Origin: an uncultured Leptolinea sp.
Lineage (GTDB): Bacteria > Chloroflexota > Anaerolineae > Anaerolineales > Anaerolineaceae
Length of the DNA stretch: 64,000 bases
Reading direction: 5' to 3'
Assembly (NCBI GenBank): GCA_964404415.1
Contig: CAYOKC010000001.1
Coordinates: 67-64,066 of the forward strand
Under the pieces are notes generated by a model. That model ran no database searches. It saw nothing but the letters and a program-made list of their open reading frames with translations, and was not told where the DNA came from. Below are positions 10,636 through 17,781 of this stretch, in pieces. The position numbers were made by a program, and so were the translations under genes. How positions within the stretch are numbered: the stretch's first letter is position 1; the number at the start of each line of letters is the position of its first letter.

Positions 10636-11577
10636 ATGAACAAACGCGATGCTGTATTAAGTCTGCTTGAACCGGCCGCCGCGCCGGCGTACATTCCAGC
10701 CGGATTCTTCCTGCATTTTGATCCCGATTGCCGTGAAGGCCAGGCGGCCGTTGACAAGCATCTGGAGTTTTTCCGGTATACCGGGATGGATTTTGTCAAA
10801 ATCCAATATGAACGCAAGTTCCCGGTGATCCCTGAGATCAAAACACCGGATGACTGGGTAAAAATGCCGGAATACGGTCTTGATTTCTATGCCGAACCGC
10901 TTAGGGTGGTTGAAGGGTTGGTCAGGGCAGCCAAAAAGGAAGCCCTGGTTATCCTTACTCTGTATTCCCCGTTCATGTTTGCCGCCCAGACCACCAGCTA
11001 TGACCTGATCACGGAACATATCAAGACCGACCCGGAGAAGGTCAAGACCGGTATGCGCGCGATCACCAACAGTGTGATGCGCTTCGTGAAGGAATGTGTG
11101 CGGCTTGGGCTTGACGGTTTCTATACCTCCACGCAGGGCGGTGAAGCGTCCCGTTTTTCCGATCCTTCGTTGTTTGATCAGTGCGTCCGCCCGTTTGACC
11201 TGGAATTAATGGAAGAAATAAACCGCACCTGCCTGTTCAGCATCCTGCATGTTTGTGACTACCAGCTTCCGTACAGCAGCATCAACCGCTATTCCAATTA
11301 CCCCGGCCAGGTGGTCAACGCCAGCCTTGAATTGACCGGCAGTACGTTGACGGCAAAAGAAGCCGCGAAGCTCTTCAACCGGCCGTTCATGGGCGGCATG
11401 GACCGTCTCGGCGCGCTGGCCAAAGGCACAATAGAAGAAGTCAGGGCGGCTGCCGAAGCTGTTCTCAGGGATGCCCCTGAACGTTTCATCCTCGGCGCAG
11501 ATTGTACCGTCCCCGCCGATACCAGTTGGGATAATCTCAAAACGGCCATTGATACGGCCCATAACTGGAAACGATAG
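10636..11577 (+). CDS. Uroporphyrinogen decarboxylase (UroD/MtaA-CmuA-like) family protein
   Basis: ILHVC, FMGGMD, FILGADCTVP..T.WDNL C-terminal signature; RBS AAGGAG before ATG 10636. Confidence 0.8.
   Translation: MNKRDAVLSLLEPAAAPAYIPAGFFLHFDPDCREGQAAVDKHLEFFRYTGMDFVKIQYERKFPVIPEIKTPDDWVKMPEYGLDFYAEPLRVVEGLVRAAKKEALVILTLYSPFMFAAQTTSYDLITEHIKTDPEKVKTGMRAITNSVMRFVKECVRLGLDGFYTSTQGGEASRFSDPSLFDQCVRPFDLELMEEINRTCLFSILHVCDYQLPYSSINRYSNYPGQVVNASLELTGSTLTAKEAAKLFNRPFMGGMDRLGALAKGTIEEVRAAAEAVLRDAPERFILGADCTVPADTSWDNLKTAIDTAHNWKR
11518..11573 (+). repeat. 56-bp perfect direct repeat, copy 1 (3' end of UroD-family gene)
   Basis: gataccagttgggataatctcaaaacggccattgatacggcccataactggaaacg is identical to 13032-13087. 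Confidence 0.97.
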
Positions 11578-11632
11578 GCGCGATACGCGGAGTATGTTGC
11601 CGCAAAGTCACGGGTTAGGCCTTTGAGAAATT

Positions 11633-12250
11633 GTGATGACAATGCGACAGGAAGTGGAGAAGTTCAAGGAATGGGCTGTTAAATACCCGGTTGAGAAGCG
11701 TTCCGGTGAATGGGAATGCGACTATACCAGTTGGGATACTCTTTATAATGCAACCCGGGAATTCCTCGCGTCGTTCTCACCATCCGATTGGGATGATACC
11801 GATGTAAGCGATCTTCTCTACGTTATAGCCCGGGACAATGAGGCGGAGATTCTTGCAGCCGAGGTTGCCAGGGACACGAATCGTCTCCTCAGGCTCTCCA
11901 AGCTTGCGCTTGCTTCGCCGGAAACCGATGCTAAATGGCTATTAGCAGACCAACTTGGATACCTGTGCAGTCAAGAACAAGAAGCCGAAGTACTGTTACT
12001 GGAATTTGTGGATGACAGGGATGAATACGTTAGCCGGCGCGCACTGCTTTCTCTTGGCAGGCTGAAGTCGCCCAAAGCAGAGGCGCTTGCTGAGCGGGCG
12101 TGGGACACAGGGCACGAGTACCAGCGCATTGCTGCCTTATGGGTTCTGAAAGAGCTTTCATCCAACAAGTTGCCCGTTTATATCAAGAAAGCATTTGAAG
12201 ATGGCAGGGAATATGTTGTTCAAAATGCACGCCAGGTCCAGCAGGCTTAA
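11633..12250 (+). CDS. HEAT-repeat domain protein
   Basis: GEWECDY, IARDNE.E, AKW.LA..LG, DEYVSRRALLSL, EYQRIAAL helical repeats; start could be ATG 11636/11642. Confidence 0.75.
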   Translation: MMTMRQEVEKFKEWAVKYPVEKRSGEWECDYTSWDTLYNATREFLASFSPSDWDDTDVSDLLYVIARDNEAEILAAEVARDTNRLLRLSKLALASPETDAKWLLADQLGYLCSQEQEAEVLLLEFVDDRDEYVSRRALLSLGRLKSPKAEALAERAWDTGHEYQRIAALWVLKELSSNKLPVYIKKAFEDGREYVVQNARQVQQA

Positions 12251-12396
12251 CTGGCGCGTTCCTTCCTACGCCGTTCCATGGCCTGGTATCGGGTCAACAT
12301 GGGTAGAGTGAAGCGACTCGAAATGGAAGCCGATCCCGAAAACCCGCGGCGTGGCTGATACGCTGAGCGCAAAATATCTAATACGGGAATGAAATC

Positions 12397-12936
12397 ATGA
12401 TCAACACGACCATCAGGCTGACAAAAGTAGAAAAGGTAAGTTTGCTGCCAGACATAGAACACTTTGCCGGTGAAAGCTTTCGAGCCTTGCCTGATCTGGC
12501 ATGGATAGCGGACTATGATATCATGTCGGTCGAAACCCACCTGGGGTATGTCACAAAAGGTACATCCTGGGCGGCAGAAGTGGATGGTCTCATCGTAGGC
12601 TTCTTATGCGCGGAAATAATTGAGAGTGATTTGCATATCTGGTTGCTGGCAGTCCGACAGGAAAGGCAGGGTAAGGGTATTGGCTGGCAGTTAATGAATA
12701 CTGCCATAGAGTACGCGCATCACAATTGGCTCAGATCTGTGACGATGATTACCTTCCGGGAAGTGCCGTGGAATGAGCCCTTCTATCGCTCTTTGGGATT
12801 CGAGATAATCGATGCGGAAAAGATGGAACCGCGGCTTGAGGAAATCCTTCAAGAAGAAATCCAACATGGAATCCCGGGTGATATGCGGTGTGCGATGCGG
12901 CTGTTGGTTTCTGCCGCAAGTGGAAAAGATGCCTGA
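12397..12936 (+). CDS. GNAT N-acetyltransferase
   Basis: LAV...RQGKGIG, TFREVPWNEPFYRSLGF. Confidence 0.9.
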   Translation: MINTTIRLTKVEKVSLLPDIEHFAGESFRALPDLAWIADYDIMSVETHLGYVTKGTSWAAEVDGLIVGFLCAEIIESDLHIWLLAVRQERQGKGIGWQLMNTAIEYAHHNWLRSVTMITFREVPWNEPFYRSLGFEIIDAEKMEPRLEEILQEEIQHGIPGDMRCAMRLLVSAASGKDA

Positions 12937-13031
12937 CACAACACGCGCCTGCAATGCGGAACTACCCTTCAGGAGTCGCACGAGCTGCTGGCATGTTTCC
13001 ACTCCGTCTGTGTGCCACTGCCCGATGTGCG

Positions 13032-13087
13032 GATACCAGTTGGGATAATCTCAAAACGGCCATTGATACGGCCCATAACTGGAAACG
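13032..13087 (+). repeat. 56-bp perfect direct repeat, copy 2 (orphan UroD 3' end, followed by terminator)
   Basis: Identical to 11518-11573; encodes DTSWDNLKTAIDTAHNWKR*. Confidence 0.97.
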
Positions 13088-13114
13088 GTAAACAAATCAA
13101 AAAAATGTGTATGC

Positions 13115-13157
13115 GACAATAAAGCGGATAGGGCTAATACCTATCCGCTTTATTGTC
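13115..13157. terminator. 18-bp perfect-stem hairpin, likely bidirectional terminator
   Basis: gacaataaagcggatagg-gctaata-cctatccgctttattgtc between convergent genes. Confidence 0.8.
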
Positions 13158-13181
13158 TGTTTTCACTATTATCAGCCACCG

Positions 13182-13697
13182 TTACAGCCGCTTCAAGGTA
13201 AAGATCCGGTTTAACAATCTCCACAACCCGACAGAAAACAATACGGTCATACTCAGGAAAAATAATCCGAGCAACAACCAGCCAATATGGTCAGCACGTC
13301 CAAGGCAATTGAACACATTGATAACCATCAATGGCATTACGGCTGCCAGCAGGCCGACAATTCTTTTGTATTTATGTACCTTAGATTCATAATCGGTAAA
13401 GATTTCCGGGACCATCCCCCCGGTTGCTTCTTTTCGAAAATACTGCCAGGCGTTCATGGAACCCATATACGTCCAGCCGGCATCACGGAAAAGGTTGAGG
13501 TATTCGTCATCCACACGTCTTGGCGCGTAATCCAACCTGTAGACGTAGTCTTTCTTATCGCCTACCTCAAATGTATATAGTCCAATGAAAATTACAGATT
13601 TAAAATGGTACCCCTGGTTTGACATTTCCCTGAGCCAGATCTCTTCCTGTTCATCTTCCCAGGCCCAGAACCAGCGAAACTTGTGTATCGTGTTCAT
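13182..13697 (-). CDS. DUF2812 domain membrane protein
   Basis: EEIWLREMSNQGYHF, YVYRLDY, YLNLFRDAGW, WQYFRK, EIFTD; typical PadR partner; ATG at 13697 (track start 13838 overlaps padR). Confidence 0.85.
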   Translation of the reverse strand: MNTIHKFRWFWAWEDEQEEIWLREMSNQGYHFKSVIFIGLYTFEVGDKKDYVYRLDYAPRRVDDEYLNLFRDAGWTYMGSMNAWQYFRKEATGGMVPEIFTDYESKVHKYKRIVGLLAAVMPLMVINVFNCLGRADHIGWLLLGLFFLSMTVLFSVGLWRLLNRIFTLKRL

Positions 13698-13704
13698 TTT
13701 CTTC

Positions 13705-14034
13705 TCATATCTCCAAATTTGGTAATGCATTAATCCCATTTTCTGCCATGATACCCAGTCGACGGATCTGTTCGGCCAGAACCTGCTGCCCCAATCCTGT
13801 AAGCTGATAGTACTTCCGCCGGTCTTCCTCCCCCACACTACGGATCAATCCGGCTTTTTCCAGGTTACTGAATGCCCCGTAGAGCGTTCCCGGTCCTATG
13901 GTGACCGTGCCGCGGCTGATGGATTCCACATGCTGCATGATGGCGTACCCGTGCCGGGATTCGACCAACGAAAGCAGAATGTAATAGGTGGATTCAGACA
14001 GCGGGAGGAACTTTTGAATTTCTTTGTTTTCCAT
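13705..14034 (-). CDS. PadR-family transcriptional regulator
   Basis: PLSE..YYILLSL..RHGYAIM, GPGTLYG, RRKYYQLT..G. Confidence 0.92.
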   Translation of the reverse strand: MENKEIQKFLPLSESTYYILLSLVESRHGYAIMQHVESISRGTVTIGPGTLYGAFSNLEKAGLIRSVGEEDRRKYYQLTGLGQQVLAEQIRRLGIMAENGINALPNLEI

Positions 14035-14111
14035 ATCTCGCGCCTCGCTATATCGTTAGACGCTATATTATCACGCGATATATCGGGCGTCAAGGTATTC
14101 GGGATTAAGTT

Positions 14112-14235
14112 GTAGGGGCGGACGGCGTCCGCCCCGGGTCGGTCAAACCAATATCCCGTCCAGGTTATCTGTACGCAATTTTGCCGGGGTTGACGCGGCC
14201 AGCACTGGATGTCTTAATCCAAGTGTCAACCCTAC
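14112..14235. repeat. REP/REPIN-like element (inverted pair of GTAG-led hairpins)
   Basis: GTAG+GGGCGGAC-ggc-GTCCGCCC at 14112-14135; on the - strand GTAG+GGTTGAC...GTCAACCC at 14235-14186. Confidence 0.6.
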
Positions 14236-14239
14236 GAAT

Positions 14240-14270
14240 AAAAAAAGGACGGATTCGATTGAATCCGTCC
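14240..14270 (-). terminator. Rho-independent terminator of gatCAB
   Basis: ggacggattc-aatc-gaatccgtcc followed by a T-run on the - strand. Confidence 0.8.
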
Positions 14271-14295
14271 ATCTAAAAACCAACTTGATTTACAA

Positions 14296-15750
14296 CTATT
14301 TGGAAAGCATCTCTTCCATGATCTTACGGGCGATCTGCGGATCCGCCTTGCCGCGCATTTCCTTCATCACCTGCCCCACAAACCAGCCGATAAGCGTCAC
14401 CTTGCCGGCTTTATACGAAGCCGTCTCATTCGGGCTGGCCGCCATGATCTTCGCGCAGACTTCACGGATGGCGCTGTCATCGCTCACCTGGGCCAGACCC
14501 TCTTCATCAACGATCTTCGCGGGTGATTTACCGGTTGACTCGACTTTGGCCAGCAGGCTCTTGCCGGTGGATGTGTTGATGGAGCCGGCGTCAATCAATT
14601 TGATGATCTCAGCCAGATATACCGGTGTGAGCTTCAAGACGCTGGCCTGAATACCCGCGTCATTGACCATGCGCAGCACGTCGTTCATGATCCAGTTCGA
14701 CACTCGTTTCGGGTCACCGCCGTAGGCTTTGACCGTGGATTCAAAGTAATCAGACAGGGTGCGTTCCCCCGTTAATATCTCGGCATCATATTCCGGCAGG
14801 CCGTAGGCTTCAATGAAGCGCGCACGGCGTTCCAGCGGCAGTTCAGGATATCCGGCCAGGATGGCGTCGCGCCATTCATCCGTCATCCGCACAGCCAGCA
14901 GGTCCGGTTCCTTGAAATAGCGGTAATCCGCTTCGGTTTCTTTGGAGCGCATCTTGCGCAGCACGCCAGCGTCCTCGTCCCATTCCAGGGTCCAGGTTTC
15001 GATCTTATGGCCGGCTTCCACTTCGTGGATCTGGCGCTCGATCTCTTTGGTGATGGCTTCCCTGACGGCGTCGATCGAGTTGACATTCTTGATCTCGGTC
15101 TTGGGGTTCAGGTGGGTTTCACCCTTCACACGGATGGACACGTTGGCGTCACAGCGCAAGTGGGCTTTTTCCATATCCGCTTCCGAGATACCCAGCCAGC
15201 GCAGCAACTGGCGCAGGCGGATCAGGTATTGCGCGGCTTCGTCCGCGGATCGCAAATCCGGCCCGGTGACCATCTCGATGAGCGGCACGCCGCAGCGGTT
15301 GAAGTCGATCAGGCGGCGGCCGGGTTCGTTGCGTGTCTTTCCGGCATCCTCTTCGAGGTGCATGTTGTCAATCGTCACGTGGCGCACATAGCTCTGCCCG
15401 CCTGCCGGATTCATGGGCATATCCAGGTATCCGCCTTTGGCAATAGGTTTGTCATATTGCGAGATCTGGTATCCCTTGGGCAGGTCAGGGTAGAAGTAGT
15501 TCTTTCGGTCGAAAAATGACATCTGCAGTAGGTTGGAATGCATGGCTTTTGCCAGCAGAACTCCCTTTTCAACCACAGCTTTGTTCAGGGTGGGAAGTGA
15601 GCCGGGTAAGCCGGTGCAAACCGGGCAGATATTGGTATTGGGCGGGTCAAACCACGAATCCGCCTTACAGGAACAGAAGATCTTAGTGGCGGTGTTCAGT
15701 TGAATGTGGGTTTCAAGCCCGATAATGGCTTCATATTCGGTCATAGTCAC
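14296..15750 (-). CDS. gatB: Asp-tRNA(Asn)/Glu-tRNA(Gln) amidotransferase subunit B
   Basis: IGLETHIQL, CPVCTGLPG, FDRKNYFYPDLPKGYQISQ, HLEEDAGK, RSKE..ADYRYF. Confidence 0.98.
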   Translation of the reverse strand: MTMTEYEAIIGLETHIQLNTATKIFCSCKADSWFDPPNTNICPVCTGLPGSLPTLNKAVVEKGVLLAKAMHSNLLQMSFFDRKNYFYPDLPKGYQISQYDKPIAKGGYLDMPMNPAGGQSYVRHVTIDNMHLEEDAGKTRNEPGRRLIDFNRCGVPLIEMVTGPDLRSADEAAQYLIRLRQLLRWLGISEADMEKAHLRCDANVSIRVKGETHLNPKTEIKNVNSIDAVREAITKEIERQIHEVEAGHKIETWTLEWDEDAGVLRKMRSKETEADYRYFKEPDLLAVRMTDEWRDAILAGYPELPLERRARFIEAYGLPEYDAEILTGERTLSDYFESTVKAYGGDPKRVSNWIMNDVLRMVNDAGIQASVLKLTPVYLAEIIKLIDAGSINTSTGKSLLAKVESTGKSPAKIVDEEGLAQVSDDSAIREVCAKIMAASPNETASYKAGKVTLIGWFVGQVMKEMRGKADPQIARKIMEEMLSK

Positions 15751-15764
15751 CTTCCATTCCGCGG

Positions 15765-17360
15765 CTATCGCGCCAGAACGGCGGGTTTTTCAGCGCGCCA
15801 GGCGTCATCGGCGGTGGCCTGTTCATAGGCCCGGCCAATGCGGAACAGGGTGGACTCGGTATAGTCCGCGCCCAGTAGTTGAATACCGATAGGCAGCCGC
15901 TTTGAATCCAACCCGGCCGGCAGCGAGAGGCCGGGGATACCCGCGTGGTTGGCCGGCACGGTCAACTGGTCGGCATACTGCATCAAAACGGAGTCACCGT
16001 AGACGGCGGCAATATCGAACGCCGTTGTGGGAGTGGTGGGCGTGAGCAGTGCGTCCAACCGGTATTTGCCATCCTTCTCAAACACGGCGTCAAAATCGCG
16101 GCGGATGAGTGTGCGCACTTTAAGCGCCCGGTTGTAATATTGTTCGCTGTACTGCGCGGCGGAAACATACATACCCATAAGGATGCGCAGCTTGGGCTGC
16201 GGGCCGAAGCCCTGGGCGCGGGTCTTTTTATACAGGTCGCGCAGTTCGTGGGTGGCATCAGGGGTACGGAAGCCGTACTTTACACCGTCATAACGGTGCA
16301 GGTTTGACGCGGCTTCCACCCGGCTGATGACGAAGTACGCCGGGATTCCGTAACGAGTATTGGGCATGGGAACATCGTCTATGATCTCGGCTCCCATTTC
16401 CTTCAACAGTGACGCGGCACGCCGCACAGCCGATTCGATCTCGGGTGAGATGGGCTGCATTAGCAGTTCTCCGGTAGCCGGATCGGGATAGGTGATGCGG
16501 AAGTAATCGGGTGACAGGCCAATGCGCATCCCCTTGACACCCTTTTCCAGTTCAGCCAGGTAATCAGGCACCGGCAGGGTGGCGGCGGTATCGTCGGATG
16601 GATCAGCGCCAGCCATAACTTTGAGCATCAGGGCGGCATCTTCCACCGAGCGGGCAACGGGGCCGGGGCAATCGAGCGAACTGGCGAACGCGATCAACCC
16701 GAAACGGGAGACACGTCCGTACGTCGGTTTGACGCCCACCACGCCGCAGAACGCGGCCGGCTGGCGGATGGAACCGGCGGTATCCGTGCCCAGTGACAGC
16801 ACAGCCTCGCCGGCAGCCACCGACGCGGCGCTGCCGCCCGATGACCCGCCTGGAACCGTCTTCGTATCCCACGGATTGCGCGGGCTGGGTTGGAAAGCCG
16901 AACTTTCGTTGGACGATCCATAGGTGAATTCATCCAGATTTACTTTGCCGAGGGTCAACGCGCCGGCGGCTTCAAGCCGTGAAACCGGAGTGGCGGTGTA
17001 AGGTGACACGAAATTGGCCAGGATCTTTGACGCGGCGGTGGAGGGTGTATCTTTCAACACAAAGATATCTTTCACCGTCAGCGGGATACCGGCCAGCGCG
17101 CCGACCGCATCACCGGTTTTTATTTTTTTATCCACCACTCTGGCCTGTTCCCGCGCGCGGTCAGCCGTGAGGGTAATAAAGGAGTGGACTTTCTTTTTGT
17201 CTTCTTCGGTGATCGCGCCGGGTGTTAACGTACCCGGCCGGCCATCCACTTCGTCAACGCGCCGCAGGGCGGAATCGAGGATCTCTTCCGCCGATACTTC
17301 TTTGCGGCGCAGCATCTTTCCAAGTTCAACAGCAGATTGGTCGCAAAGGTTCATGGTCAT
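15765..17360 (-). CDS. gatA: Asp-tRNA(Asn)/Glu-tRNA(Gln) amidotransferase subunit A
   Basis: Amidase signature GGSSGGSAA, GTDTAGSIRQPA, SNL.RYDGVKYG. Confidence 0.97.
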   Translation of the reverse strand: MTMNLCDQSAVELGKMLRRKEVSAEEILDSALRRVDEVDGRPGTLTPGAITEEDKKKVHSFITLTADRAREQARVVDKKIKTGDAVGALAGIPLTVKDIFVLKDTPSTAASKILANFVSPYTATPVSRLEAAGALTLGKVNLDEFTYGSSNESSAFQPSPRNPWDTKTVPGGSSGGSAASVAAGEAVLSLGTDTAGSIRQPAAFCGVVGVKPTYGRVSRFGLIAFASSLDCPGPVARSVEDAALMLKVMAGADPSDDTAATLPVPDYLAELEKGVKGMRIGLSPDYFRITYPDPATGELLMQPISPEIESAVRRAASLLKEMGAEIIDDVPMPNTRYGIPAYFVISRVEAASNLHRYDGVKYGFRTPDATHELRDLYKKTRAQGFGPQPKLRILMGMYVSAAQYSEQYYNRALKVRTLIRRDFDAVFEKDGKYRLDALLTPTTPTTAFDIAAVYGDSVLMQYADQLTVPANHAGIPGLSLPAGLDSKRLPIGIQLLGADYTESTLFRIGRAYEQATADDAWRAEKPAVLAR

Positions 17361-17677
17361 TTGAGGGTGATATGCGGAATTTCCGGCACGACGATGTAAC
17401 CGCCATCGGTGGCAGGCGCCTGGCCAATGATCGTTCCGGGTTCGGGGTACGGGCGGATGACATCTTCACGCGGCGCCGGGCTATTTTCCGGTGTGTACGG
17501 CACGCCATGCGCTGAGATCTCGATCCCGCTTTCCAACGGAATGGCTTCCAATTCCTGGATAGCCTTAAGCTGATGATTCAATTGCAGCCGCAGATATTCT
17601 GACTGGGTGGGTTCCAGTTCCAGTGCGGCCAGGTCAACCAGATGAGCGAACACTTCAGGTGTGATGGGATCTTTCAT
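17357..17677 (-). CDS. gatC: Amidotransferase subunit C
   Basis: HLVDLAALEL...REDV...AP...GYIVVPEI; upstream of gatA; RBS GAGGAGGT before ATG 17677. Confidence 0.9.
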   Translation of the reverse strand: MKDPITPEVFAHLVDLAALELEPTQSEYLRLQLNHQLKAIQELEAIPLESGIEISAHGVPYTPENSPAPREDVIRPYPEPGTIIGQAPATDGGYIVVPEIPHITLK

Positions 17678-17781
17678 GGCGACCTCCTCTCGAATATTGT
17701 ATCGTATTTTGTTATTCAGATTTTCAGAAAGCAAACCCGGCCTTGTGGCCGGGTCTGTTATCCCATTGGTTCAAACCTGCT

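Larger units (their letters stand above)
11574..13087 (+). mobile_element. ~1.5-kb insertion bounded by a 56-bp duplication, carrying two cassette-like genes with attC-like remnants
   Basis: Flanking direct repeat; GTTAGGC at 11614-11620 and GCTTAAC at 12245-12251 bracket the HEAT gene; no recombinase inside. Confidence 0.6.

Noticed and set aside
12888-13091. 67-aa ORF ending ADTSWDNLKTAIDTAHNWKR
   Set aside because: Its C-terminus is just the duplicated UroD tail; the rest overlaps the GNAT gene and spacer, with no RBS
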